64,000 nucleotides of DNA from Arcobacteraceae bacterium (lineage in GTDB: Bacteria; Campylobacterota; Campylobacteria; Campylobacterales; Arcobacteraceae). The position numbers and the translations under genes were made by a program. The stretch spans positions 384,001-448,000 of the forward strand of contig CBDCZH010000010.1 in the NCBI GenBank assembly GCA_965224485.1, written 5' to 3'. A model generated the notes under the pieces. The model made no database searches. It worked only from the letters and a program-made list of their open reading frames with translations, and was not told the DNA's origin. Shown piece after piece: positions 42,034-51,821 of this stretch. The first letter of the stretch is position 1; each line of letters begins with the position of its first letter.

Positions 42034-43878
42034 TTAGCATTGTATATTTGAAGCTAAATATCTTTTATTATCTACTTTTTTAATTTGTGAAAAGTTATCT
42101 AAATAATCTAAATAAGTAACAATATATTTTCTTGAAATTGGAAACTTTTCTTTAAAGTTTTTTATCTCAATAAATCCATCTACTTTAATAATTTCATTCA
42201 TCGCTTGTACAATTTTATTTAAAGAAATACTATGAACAAAAATATTATGAGCAAGCCTAATTACTTGTTTTTTAGCACATAAAGACTTTAAGATATTATC
42301 TCCTAAAACTCTGTCTAAATCTAGTTCATCATAAATATTATATGGAGCAGTTGGCATAAAATCTTCTTGTTCTAATCTATCTAAGAATATTTTTTCTAAG
42401 GAGTCTTGAAAGTTCTCTTTTATATTAGCATTTTGATATAAATTACCATCTTTTTTTAAAATATTTTCTTCTTCTAGTTCATCAAGAGCTAGGGTAATAA
42501 AAGCCTCACTTGCCCATTTTAATCGCAGATTAATTGAAACAACTGAAAGTAGGGCATATTGATTTTTTTTATAAATCTCTTTTATTATCTCTTTAATATT
42601 ATCTTTTGAAGAAAGTGGATAAATTATTAAATCTTTTTCATCAATAAAAGCAGAAGGGAGTTCTTTTGCTATACGTAAAGCCTCTTTATGTCCAAGAGCA
42701 AATCTTTGGGCTGAAGATATTAGTCCTAAACCTTTTTTATGAGCATTTAATAAAATACTATATGCTTCTTTTATATCTTCTTTATGTAAAGCTTCTAGTA
42801 AAATATTCTTTTGAGATTTTTTCATAGGGTCTATTACTGGGTTTAAAATAACTCCCCCAGCAATTGTTCTATTTCCTTCTCTAATAATTAATTTTTCACC
42901 ATAAATACAAAAAATATCAGAACTTGCTTTTATTGTTGCAAATCCACTTTCTAGTGAGTCTTGGCTTGTAAATAATAAAACCTTTGCTTCAAGTTTTTTA
43001 GCACCTAAATAAATAGTATAAACTCTATTGTGATGTAGTTTTTTATCTTTTAAAGCATTAAAAGAAATATCAATAGAGTTAAAACCTCTTAAAAAACCTT
43101 TTTTTGATAAAACTGAACCTCTTGATATTTTTTTAGTATCAACTCCACTTATATTAATAGCAACTCTATTTGATATATGTGCTGTTTGCACATCATTCCC
43201 ATGAACTTGTAAATTTTTTATTTTTACTTCTTTTTTTAAATCACATATAAAAATCTTTTCATTTACACTTATATCATTTCCTAGAACAGTACCAGTAACA
43301 ATTGTACCAGCACCCTTAGTTGAGAAAACTCTATCTACGTAATATCTAAAAAAGTTTTCTTTTTGTTTATTTGTAGCTTTTAGGTCAAATAAGGCATTTC
43401 TTAAAATATTAATAGATTCTTCATCATAAATAGAAACACAAAAACTATGAATTATTTCAAAATCATATGCTTTTACAAAAGATAAGATTTCTTCTTCTTT
43501 CTTTTTTAACTCATCTTGTGAAATTAAATCTTTTTTTGAAATAACAACAATAGCTTTTTTAACACCAACAAGTTTTAATATTTCTAAATGCTCAATAGTT
43601 TGAGGTTTTATTCCTTCTTGGGCACTAATAACAATCATCACACAATCAAAAGAAAAAGCTCCTGCAATCATATTTTTAATTAGTTTCTCATGCCCTGGAA
43701 CATCAATAAAAGCAACATTTTTTCCACCTTTTTGGATATTTGAAAAAGATAAATCAATAGTAATTCCTCTTTCTTGCTCTTCTTTAGTACTATCACCTTC
43801 ATAACCGTTTAAGGCTTTAATTAAAGCCGTTTTACCATGATCAATATGCCCACAAGTTCCAATAATATAATTAGTCAT
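42034..43878 (-). CDS. selB: Selenocysteine-specific elongation factor
   Basis: GTCGHIDHGKT, ERGITIDL, DVPGHE, C-terminal SRKY...LDYLD winged helix. Confidence 0.96.
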   Translation of the reverse strand: MTNYIIGTCGHIDHGKTALIKALNGYEGDSTKEEQERGITIDLSFSNIQKGGKNVAFIDVPGHEKLIKNMIAGAFSFDCVMIVISAQEGIKPQTIEHLEILKLVGVKKAIVVISKKDLISQDELKKKEEEILSFVKAYDFEIIHSFCVSIYDEESINILRNALFDLKATNKQKENFFRYYVDRVFSTKGAGTIVTGTVLGNDISVNEKIFICDLKKEVKIKNLQVHGNDVQTAHISNRVAINISGVDTKKISRGSVLSKKGFLRGFNSIDISFNALKDKKLHHNRVYTIYLGAKKLEAKVLLFTSQDSLESGFATIKASSDIFCIYGEKLIIREGNRTIAGGVILNPVIDPMKKSQKNILLEALHKEDIKEAYSILLNAHKKGLGLISSAQRFALGHKEALRIAKELPSAFIDEKDLIIYPLSSKDNIKEIIKEIYKKNQYALLSVVSINLRLKWASEAFITLALDELEEENILKKDGNLYQNANIKENFQDSLEKIFLDRLEQEDFMPTAPYNIYDELDLDRVLGDNILKSLCAKKQVIRLAHNIFVHSISLNKIVQAMNEIIKVDGFIEIKNFKEKFPISRKYIVTYLDYLDNFSQIKKVDNKRYLASNIQC

Positions 43879-45220
43879 TTATAATCTTTATAATAGTTTT
43901 TTCTAATACTTCTAGTTCCGCTTCTTGAATACTTCTAAAATCAAGTAAGAACTCATCATTTTGTATTCTTCCTATGATATTGTGAAATCTAAATTCTTTT
44001 TCAATTTTATTTGCCTTGTAGTTTTTATAAGAAATACTTAAAACAATACTAGGTATCTTTTTATTAGGAGTAGTTCCTCCTCCAATAACAGTACTTGCCT
44101 CTTTTATTTCACAGCTACAATACTTAGTAATTTTATCTTGTACATACTTAGCTCTTTGCTCTAAGATTGAGGTTTTAGTAAATAACATTTTTAATGTAGG
44201 TATTTCATCATAAGAACCTAATAAAATTGATTTAATGTTTTCTTCTAAAATAGCAAGTGTTATTTTATCAACTCTTAACATTCTTAAAAGTTGATTTTTC
44301 TTAAGTTCATCAATATACTTTTTTTTACCAACAATTATTCCAGCTTGAATAGAACCTAGGAGTTTGTCTCCTGAGAAACTAAGAAGAGACGGATTATCTT
44401 GCATTATTTTTAAAACAGAAGGTTCATTTAAATCTAAATTATAAGGTAAGTCAATCATATGCCCACTTCCCATATCGTAATAATCAATTACTTCATGATC
44501 TTTTGCAACTTGTATAATTTCTTTAAAAGAAACTTCTGCTGTGAAACCTTCAATAGTATAATTTGATTTATGAACTTTCATTAAAATAGAAGTATTTGAA
44601 TTACAAGCATCTACATAATCTTTAAGGTGGGTTTTATTAGTAGCTCCAATTTCGTTTAAAATAGCACCACTTTGTTTCATAACTTCAGGAACTCTAAAAG
44701 AACCACCAATTTCTACTAATTCACCTCTGCTTACTACTACTTCTTTATTTTTAGCAAAAGTATTTAGAATTAGAAAAACAGCAGACGCATTGTTATTTAC
44801 AATTAAAACATCTTCGCAGTCTAAGAGTTCACATAATACTTTAGAAATATGAGAATATCTTTCTCCTCTTTTCCCTTGTTTTAAATCGTACTCAAGATTA
44901 TTGTATGAAGTTATTAAATCTTTTACTTTTAAAAAAGTATTTTCATTTATTAAACTTCTTCCTAAATTAGTATGTACTATTACCCCACTTGCATTTATGA
45001 CTTTTTGTAAACTTGAAGAAGTTAAATTCTTATACTCTTTTAGGACATCTAAAATAATATGCTCTTCTTTGACTTCTTTTACATCATTTTTTAGAATATC
45101 ATCTCGTAGTTTTTTTATTATTCTTTTTGATATTTTTGTAATAAGTCTAGTAGACATACTATCAAAAGCCTTGTTTTGGATAAACTTATCCACTTTTGGA
45201 ATAGATTTTAGTAATAACAT
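43871..45220 (-). CDS. selA: L-seryl-tRNA(Sec) selenium transferase
   Basis: INASGVIVHTNLGR, SRGELVEIGGSFR, FSGDKLLG. Confidence 0.96.
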   Translation of the reverse strand: MLLLKSIPKVDKFIQNKAFDSMSTRLITKISKRIIKKLRDDILKNDVKEVKEEHIILDVLKEYKNLTSSSLQKVINASGVIVHTNLGRSLINENTFLKVKDLITSYNNLEYDLKQGKRGERYSHISKVLCELLDCEDVLIVNNNASAVFLILNTFAKNKEVVVSRGELVEIGGSFRVPEVMKQSGAILNEIGATNKTHLKDYVDACNSNTSILMKVHKSNYTIEGFTAEVSFKEIIQVAKDHEVIDYYDMGSGHMIDLPYNLDLNEPSVLKIMQDNPSLLSFSGDKLLGSIQAGIIVGKKKYIDELKKNQLLRMLRVDKITLAILEENIKSILLGSYDEIPTLKMLFTKTSILEQRAKYVQDKITKYCSCEIKEASTVIGGGTTPNKKIPSIVLSISYKNYKANKIEKEFRFHNIIGRIQNDEFLLDFRSIQEAELEVLEKTIIKIIND

Positions 45221-45351
45221 TCATAAGCCTTCTTAATTTTAAAAGATTATAACAAAAGCCTAGTTTGATAGGTCTTAATGAAAGAATTAGAATTTAGCAG
45301 TTTTTTTATATATATTTTATTTTTTATGTAGTACAATTCATTTCCTAAGTT

Positions 45352-45450
45352 GGGGGGTATGTGATCCTGGTGGACACCGCAGGTTTCAACCCTGATCGGC
45401 GGTTTGTGTGTACACGCCGCGGTAGGTTCGATTCCTACACCTTCTCGCCA
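45352..45450 (+). tRNA. selC: tRNA-Sec (anticodon TCA)
   Basis: Anticodon arm CAGG-TTTCAAC-CCTG, long variable arm CGGCG..CGCCG, T-arm GTAGG-TTCGATT-CCTAC, 3' GCCA; divergent from selA. Confidence 0.93.
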
Positions 45451-45561
45451 ACTTTAGTCTAAACTAATTCAAAATAATCTAATAAATCCCTTGTACTCAT
45501 CATTCTTTTAATTCTTATATGTTATAGTAATCTAACTTAATCCAATTGAAACTATAAAATA

Positions 45562-45622
45562 ATTGGGGGTAAAGTTGGGGTTAAAAATTTTTACTTTATA
45601 AAATATTAAATTTACCCCCAAA
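45562..45622. promoter_or_regulatory. Putative integrase arm-type sites, left end
   Basis: TTGGGGGT-AAAG-TTGGGGT direct pair plus inverted ACCCCCAA; same motif recurs at the right end. Confidence 0.65.
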
Positions 45623-45641
45623 TAACAATGGAGTTTTTAGA

Positions 45642-46889
45642 ATGAGTAGGGAACTAAATCAACTAAAAGATGTAGAAATTAAAAAATCTAAAGCAAAAGA
45701 AAAAGCATACTATTTATCTGATGGTGGTGGCTTAAGACTTCAAGTAAAACCAAATGGAACTAAAGTTTGGGTGTATAGATTTATGATAAATAGTAAATCA
45801 AAAGAAACTACCTTTAAATCATATCCTACTGTTACGCTAAAAGAAGCAAGAGTAAAAAGAGATAAGTACAAAAAACTACTAAATGATAATATAAACCCAA
45901 TAGAGCATTATAGAAATGAAAAAGATAAGAAAAAAGTAGAAGATGATAATAGCTTTGAAAAAGTTCTTTACCAATGGTTAGATAATGAAGAACTAAAAAG
46001 CAAAAAAGAGCATAGCAGAAAAAAAAGACTTTTTGAAAAAGATGTATTACCACATTTCAGGTATAAAACAATTAGCACAATTACTATTCAAGACTTAGTA
46101 AGAGTATTAGAATCAAAAGATAAAACAGCTCCAAATATAGCCTCTAAAATGTATGGGTATTTAAAAAATTTATTTGGATATGCAGTATTACACGGGTACT
46201 GTGAAAGAAACCTTTTAGTAGATATAAATAAATCCCAAGTTCTTAAAAAAAGAGAAGTTAAACATATGTCTCAAATAACAGATAAGAAAGTATTAAAAGA
46301 GCTTGTAAACTCTATATACAACTATCAAGGTAGTTTTAGTGTAAGAAACTGTTTAAAGCTTGTTCTTCATATTCCTTTAAGAGCAGATAACTTATGTACT
46401 TTAAGATGGAGTGAAATAGATTTTGATAATAAGCTCCTTACTATACCAAGAGAGCAAATGAAATTTAAGAACATAAATATAGAAGATTTTAAAATGCCTT
46501 TAAGTGATGAAGTAATTACAATACTAAAAGAGCAACAAGAAGAACAAAGCCTTTATACTAATGAATTAGATTATGTATTTATAGGAATTGATAATAAGAA
46601 ACACATACATAGAGAGAGTCCTAATAATGCGTTACAAGTTATGAGTTTCAATGATGATAAAAAAGGTCGTAAGATACGGTTGCATGGCTTCAGAGGTACA
46701 TTTAGAAGTATGATAGATACATTAGATAAGAAAGGAAAATTTACTTTTGAAGCTAAAGAGAGAGTCTTAGACCATCACGATAAGAAAGTATCAACAAGAG
46801 CATATACACATAAGGGCGATTTTGAAGAACAGATAAAAGAACTTATGTATTATTGGAGTGAGTTTATTTTAAGTATGAGAAATAGATGA
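45642..46889 (+). CDS. P4-type tyrosine integrase
   Basis: Arm-binding domain LSDGGGLRLQVKPNGTKVW, YPTVTLKEAR; catalytic R (PLR), HGFR, LDH, Y (RAY). Confidence 0.95.
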   Translation: MSRELNQLKDVEIKKSKAKEKAYYLSDGGGLRLQVKPNGTKVWVYRFMINSKSKETTFKSYPTVTLKEARVKRDKYKKLLNDNINPIEHYRNEKDKKKVEDDNSFEKVLYQWLDNEELKSKKEHSRKKRLFEKDVLPHFRYKTISTITIQDLVRVLESKDKTAPNIASKMYGYLKNLFGYAVLHGYCERNLLVDINKSQVLKKREVKHMSQITDKKVLKELVNSIYNYQGSFSVRNCLKLVLHIPLRADNLCTLRWSEIDFDNKLLTIPREQMKFKNINIEDFKMPLSDEVITILKEQQEEQSLYTNELDYVFIGIDNKKHIHRESPNNALQVMSFNDDKKGRKIRLHGFRGTFRSMIDTLDKKGKFTFEAKERVLDHHDKKVSTRAYTHKGDFEEQIKELMYYWSEFILSMRNR

Positions 46890-47629
46890 AAAATGAAATA
46901 TTATATAAAAGTATAGAAGAATGGCTTGATGTTCTAGTAACCTTTAATTCACTTGATAATGTAGAATACAAGAAACGTAATAATTTAGATAATCCTATAT
47001 ATAAAGATTTTCTTCATATAAAGAAGTTTGTAGAGGATGAACTTGACCGAAATACAAATAAAATATTTATAGATATAATAAATAAGTATGAAATATCTAA
47101 ATTTGTTGATTTTTGGGGTACTCATTTTAATATGTTAAAGTTAGCGATTGAAATGAATTATCAATTAAATGTTATGTATGAATACAATTTTCCTTATAAT
47201 GATAGTGCTAAATTAAAGAATAAGCTTATCGAAATTGAAAAAATTGCAAAAAGAGAGAATAAAGTAATTGGAATTATCCCTCTTAACGTAAAAGATTATT
47301 TATCTTTTTTTAAATTGAAATGTTGTGAAGTTTTCTTGAATAACAGCTTTATTTTTAATGGTATGGAAAAGAGGAAAAAAAATAAATTTAAAAATGACCT
47401 TATAGAAGATTTTATATTGGCTATCGTATCAGATAATTATATAAATGACAAAAAGTTTAATTCAAATATTAGAATAACTGTATATAATCTTAAAACATAT
47501 GAAAGAATAGTAAATGAAATACGTGGACGTAATAATTTAGAAAAATATTCTTATAAAAAAATATCTCCTCATGAAATTGAATATGTAGTAGAAAAATCTA
47601 ACCGTAAAAACAAATTCTATGTCCATTAG
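46886..47629 (+). CDS. Hypothetical island protein
   Basis: 247 aa; ATGA overlap with the integrase stop. Confidence 0.7.
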   Translation: MKNEILYKSIEEWLDVLVTFNSLDNVEYKKRNNLDNPIYKDFLHIKKFVEDELDRNTNKIFIDIINKYEISKFVDFWGTHFNMLKLAIEMNYQLNVMYEYNFPYNDSAKLKNKLIEIEKIAKRENKVIGIIPLNVKDYLSFFKLKCCEVFLNNSFIFNGMEKRKKNKFKNDLIEDFILAIVSDNYINDKKFNSNIRITVYNLKTYERIVNEIRGRNNLEKYSYKKISPHEIEYVVEKSNRKNKFYVH

Positions 47630-47802
47630 TAAACTTGGGACATAAGCAACAATATCTTTCCTAAAAGATTAATTTTAAAAAACTAAAATTACATTACTTT
47701 AAAGACGTCTAAAGTATATCAACAAAAACAAAAAATAAGTGTTGGTATTAAATCTTAAGCTTAAGTCCTTTTATTTATAGGTCATAAATAGAAAGATTTA
47801 TA

Positions 47803-47991
47803 ATGAACAAAGAAGAATTACAAACAAAAAAATATTATAGAGCAAAAGAAGTTGCAGAACTTCTAGGTATAGGAAAATCTACGGTTTGGCTATATTCAAA
47901 GCAAGGAAAACTTAAACCAAAAAAGTTAAGTTCAAGAGTTACTGTCTTTAGTATAGAAGATATAAACAGTCTTTTTGATGAGGTGCTTTAA
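47803..47991 (+). CDS. AlpA-type HTH regulator/excisionase
   Basis: YRAKEVAELLGIGKSTVW...G.L.P.KLS.RV. Confidence 0.88.
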   Translation: MNKEELQTKKYYRAKEVAELLGIGKSTVWLYSKQGKLKPKKLSSRVTVFSIEDINSLFDEVL

Positions 47992-48310
47992 TATGAGTAA
48001 TATAGCATATAAAGCAACTAAATCAAATAAACCAATTAAATGGGGGCTTATTTATTCAAATAAAACTCTTCTATTATTGTATGCACTAGTAAATAATGAA
48101 AAACCAAGTGCAATAAATAACTATGGAATAAGTAGACCCTCTAATTATATTATAGAGTTAAGAAAGATACTTAAAGATAAAATATTAACAATAGAAATAA
48201 TTGGTCAGTCTTATGATGAATATAGATTAGTTGATAGTAAAGAAGCAAGAGAAAAAGCACTTGAACTAATAAAGGATATAAAATTAAAAGTAAATCAAAA
48301 ATGTTTCTAG
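47975..48310 (+). CDS. Winged-helix-like island protein
   Basis: AINNYGISRPSNYIIELRK...EYRL resembles small phage wHTH proteins. Confidence 0.55.
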   Translation: MMRCFNMSNIAYKATKSNKPIKWGLIYSNKTLLLLYALVNNEKPSAINNYGISRPSNYIIELRKILKDKILTIEIIGQSYDEYRLVDSKEAREKALELIKDIKLKVNQKCF

Positions 48311-48386
48311 TTTTACTTTTATTTTATAAAAAATACACCGTACAATATATATCAAGTTAATCTAAAAAATTAAGAGAAATAATAAG

Positions 48387-48428
48387 CATAATCAAAGTCC
48401 AACGTTAATAGAAAGGACTTTGATTATG
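48387..48428 (+). other. Hairpin, candidate rolling-circle origin (dso/oriT)
   Basis: Perfect 14-bp IR CATAATCAAAGTCC / GGACTTTGATTATG with loop AACGTTAATAGAAA, just upstream of the Rep-like gene. Confidence 0.6.
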
Positions 48429-48471
48429 TATTAAATATAGGTTTAAGAAAGCATCTTCTTAATATAAAGGT

Positions 48472-49149
48472 TTGAATATGAGTATATTACAAGAATTAGA
48501 AGACTTTATTAATGATTTTAATTTAGCTAATAATATAGATTTTGCTATAGATAGTATTAGAGTTGAATTTAGTAAAGAAAATAAAAAGAAGAATTTAGAG
48601 AAATTAGGAAAATGGAATAAGATTAAGAAAAATTCAAATATATTACACAAATTAAAAAGTAGATTATCAAGTGATGAGGTTACTAGTGCCTATCGATTAG
48701 AAAAAGAAAATATATATTATTACAATCATTCATGCCCTCCACATTATAGAAAAGCAACACTTGTAATTTTTGGAATGAAACAATATCACAAAGAACTACC
48801 TAAAAAAGAATATATCACAAAAATATTATCAATATTAAAAAATGTAAGTAATATTGATTTGTGTTTAGATTTAAAACATAAACCAAATATAGAAGCATTA
48901 AATCAATATTTAACATTAAAACAGTTTATTACAAAAAATGGAGTGTTTACAGATACGTATTATATAAATGATACAGATGTAAATATGATACGAAAGATTA
49001 TCATCTATGATAAAGCATTTAAAAATAAATTAGATTTTCCACTATGGAGAATAGAAGCTCAAATTATGATTCCAAATATAAAAGTATTAGCTCTACCTCT
49101 TCATGAATTAAAAGAAATCACAGATATTGCTAAGGGTAAATTTAATTGA
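48472..49149 (+). CDS. Putative Rep_trans/gpII/MOB_T-like rolling-circle initiator
   Basis: Ordered motifs IDSIRV, VSNIDLCLD, TDTYYIN, IIYDK, WRIEAQ. Confidence 0.62.
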   Translation: MNMSILQELEDFINDFNLANNIDFAIDSIRVEFSKENKKKNLEKLGKWNKIKKNSNILHKLKSRLSSDEVTSAYRLEKENIYYYNHSCPPHYRKATLVIFGMKQYHKELPKKEYITKILSILKNVSNIDLCLDLKHKPNIEALNQYLTLKQFITKNGVFTDTYYINDTDVNMIRKIIIYDKAFKNKLDFPLWRIEAQIMIPNIKVLALPLHELKEITDIAKGKFN

Positions 49150-49275
49150 ACAAAATTTAAAATAAAATATATAATTTTTTAGACTTAGTAGTTATTCTTA
49201 TTACTGTCTCATTAATAATAATATTTTAATATATAATTATATATCATGTTCCTTATAGTATGAAAAATAATTAGA

Positions 49276-49944
49276 ATGGAGTTAAAAATGTTTATGCCGT
49301 TTATTGTTTGGGTTATTTTATCTGTATTGGTTTCAATACTTGCATCAAAAAGAGGTAAGAATACTACTCTTCACTTTTTTAGTTCTTTACTACTAAGTCC
49401 ATTAATTGGGTTGTTAATTGTATTATTTAGTGAGAATAATACAAAAATGCGATGTACTAATTGTAAAGAAAAAATTAATAAAAATGCTAATATTTGCCCT
49501 TTTTGTTCTTCTGCTGTAAAAATAAAGAATCAATTAAATAAAATAAGAAAGATTAAAGAAGAAACTTATCAAATATCTATATTAAAAGATACTTCTATAT
49601 TTGATATGAATGATTTAAAAAAAATTATAATTAATAATTATGATGAAAATATAACAACTTCCATTTCAATTGATAATGAAAAATTATTTTCTATGAAAGG
49701 TAATAAAGTAAATGGTACTAGTACTTATATACAAATTGAAAATAAACTTGATAAATTTATTATTGAATCCTTTAATACTAATCTACCTAAAGAGTTAGAG
49801 GAGAAAGATTTTTTTGATGAAGCTAATAAGCAAAAAATAAATTCAAATGCTGATAAATTAATTGAATTATCTAAATTAGTAAAAGATGGACTATTAACAA
49901 AAGAAGAATTTAATGAGCAAAAAAAAATTATATTAAGTGAGTAG
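49276..49944 (+). CDS. Membrane protein with zinc ribbon and C-terminal SHOCT domain
   Basis: 2 TM segments, CTNC..CPFC, LIELSKLVKDGLLTKEEFNEQKK. Confidence 0.8.
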   Translation: MELKMFMPFIVWVILSVLVSILASKRGKNTTLHFFSSLLLSPLIGLLIVLFSENNTKMRCTNCKEKINKNANICPFCSSAVKIKNQLNKIRKIKEETYQISILKDTSIFDMNDLKKIIINNYDENITTSISIDNEKLFSMKGNKVNGTSTYIQIENKLDKFIIESFNTNLPKELEEKDFFDEANKQKINSNADKLIELSKLVKDGLLTKEEFNEQKKIILSE

Positions 49945-50108
49945 AAATACTTCTAAATGTTTAACCTACTGAAGTTTATAATCTAAATAGAAATGAATAG
50001 CATTAACTACTCAATTTTTATTTCTATCTAAACGAGACTAAAATATAATATAATATAATTAAGTCATACCATAAAGTAAAATACGATTATAGAAATAAAT
50101 TATAAGTT

Positions 50109-50246
50109 ATACGAAAGATTATCATCTATGAAAAGCATTTAAAAATAAATTAGATTTTCCACTATAGAGAATAAAAACTCAAATTATGATTCCAAATATT
50201 AAATCTAATCTCTACCTCTTTATGAATTAAAAGAAACAATAGATAT
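50109..50246 (+). repeat. Degenerate duplicate of the 3' end of the Rep-like gene (48988-49127)
   Basis: ATACGAAAGATTATCATCTATGA...AAATTAGATTTTCCACTAT...CAAATTATGATTCCAAATAT...ATGAATTAAAAGAAA present at both loci. Confidence 0.92.
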
Positions 50247-50315
50247 AAATAGTTTTTTATCTTAAATAGATTATAATAATATTATTATATATTTGTTATT
50301 TTAATAAGGAAGAAA

Positions 50316-50570
50316 ATGAAAAAAATATTTTTTACCACAATAGCTTTTTTATCTTTAGTTACTACACTTAATGCAACAGATGGTAATTTAACCAATAGTC
50401 AAGTTGATGCAGTTAAAAAATTAGTAAAATTATATGGGTATAGATGTGATAGTGTTAATTTTGCCATGCGTTCTAGTTGGGATGGTTCTATTCGATTTGT
50501 TTGTAATAATAATAGATATGTATATGAAGTAAAAGATGTTGGTGGTAATTGGACAGTTAAGGTAAAATAA
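50316..50570 (+). CDS. Small exported protein with two cysteines
   Basis: Signal peptide, GYRCDSV..VCNN; AAGGA RBS. Confidence 0.78.
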   Translation: MKKIFFTTIAFLSLVTTLNATDGNLTNSQVDAVKKLVKLYGYRCDSVNFAMRSSWDGSIRFVCNNNRYVYEVKDVGGNWTVKVK

Positions 50571-50657
50571 AATTTTAATTATTAACTACTACTTATATAA
50601 ATATTACATTATCTAATATATAGTATAATATAGCTAAGTTATACTATAAGGTAAAAA

Positions 50658-50954
50658 ATGATTATAGAAATAAATGATGATTTATATGAAAGAATTTTAA
50701 CCATTGTAAAAAGTAAAAACATAACAGTATACGAAGAACTTAAAAGTATTCCTCCATATAAAAATAAATCAATAAAACATGCACGAGATACAAGAAGTGA
50801 AAATATTAAAGTAAACATCAATCAAGCTATAAAGGACTTAATAAATAAAAATATTAATCCAACAAAGTACCAAGTAAAGAAACTTACAAATATTTCTTAT
50901 GTTACTTTAAACAAATATTACGACATGATTTTAATTGAAAGTAAACAATTATGA
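50658..50954 (+). CDS. Small DNA-binding-like island protein
   Basis: C-terminal HTH-like PTKYQVKKLTNISYVTLNKY. Confidence 0.65.
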   Translation: MIIEINDDLYERILTIVKSKNITVYEELKSIPPYKNKSIKHARDTRSENIKVNINQAIKDLINKNINPTKYQVKKLTNISYVTLNKYYDMILIESKQL

Positions 50955-51367
50955 GTGCTAAACACAAGGAGTTTATAATACTTCGTGCTGATGGTTCTAC
51001 CTTTGAAAGTATTGCAAAAACTCTAAAGACTTCAAAATCAACACTTATTAAATGGAGTAGATTATATCAAGATGAAATAAGTGATATACAATTTGAATCT
51101 ATGATAAAAATAAAAGAAGAGTTTTCCAATAATAAACTAAATAAATATAAAACACTATTGGAACAGTTAGAAAAAGTTGATAATGCAATTTTAGAAAAAG
51201 ATTTAAAAGAAGCTTCTCTTAAAGAATTGTTTTTAATTAAATCAAATATGAATAATCAACTTGAGAGATTAGAAGAAAAAACAGTTTTAAAATATAGTGG
51301 ATTATCTTCTTATAATGAATTTTTAAATAAAAATGAAGCATTAGTTATTAAATTAAATGAAATATGA
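50951..51367 (+). CDS. HTH plus coiled-coil protein
   Basis: FIILRADG.TFESIAKTLKTSKSTLIKW; ATGA overlap with the previous gene. Confidence 0.7.
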   Translation: MSAKHKEFIILRADGSTFESIAKTLKTSKSTLIKWSRLYQDEISDIQFESMIKIKEEFSNNKLNKYKTLLEQLEKVDNAILEKDLKEASLKELFLIKSNMNNQLERLEEKTVLKYSGLSSYNEFLNKNEALVIKLNEI

Positions 51368-51406
51368 TACTAAAACACTACTAAAGACTACTAAAAAGTA
51401 AAATAA

Positions 51407-51757
51407 ATGATTATGAAAGAATTAGAGTGTTTAAATAGTTTAGAGCCTTTAAAGAGCTTAGAAATCAATTTAAGAATAGAAGATACAAAGGTTTATTATT
51501 CAAATGTAAATTTATTATGTATGAGTATGAACTTTATATATAAATCAACTCTTATTTTAAATAGTATAGAAGTTAAAAGAAATAATAAAAGCTTAACAAT
51601 CCAAGAATACAAGAACCTAAGATATAATGCATATGTTAATACATTAAAAGCTAATTTATTACTTGATATAGAAAAAAGTTCTTATTTATTTTGGAATAAT
51701 GAAGATATTAAAAGTTACTTTGTATCTAAATTAAATAATAAAATTATTATTACTTAA
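51407..51757 (+). CDS. Hypothetical island protein
   Basis: 116-aa ORF. Confidence 0.5.
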   Translation: MIMKELECLNSLEPLKSLEINLRIEDTKVYYSNVNLLCMSMNFIYKSTLILNSIEVKRNNKSLTIQEYKNLRYNAYVNTLKANLLLDIEKSSYLFWNNEDIKSYFVSKLNNKIIIT

Positions 51758-51821
51758 TTATTTACTTTGATATTAATAAAATTTTATGTAAAGTATTGTT
51801 AATTTAAAAATAAGGAATGAT

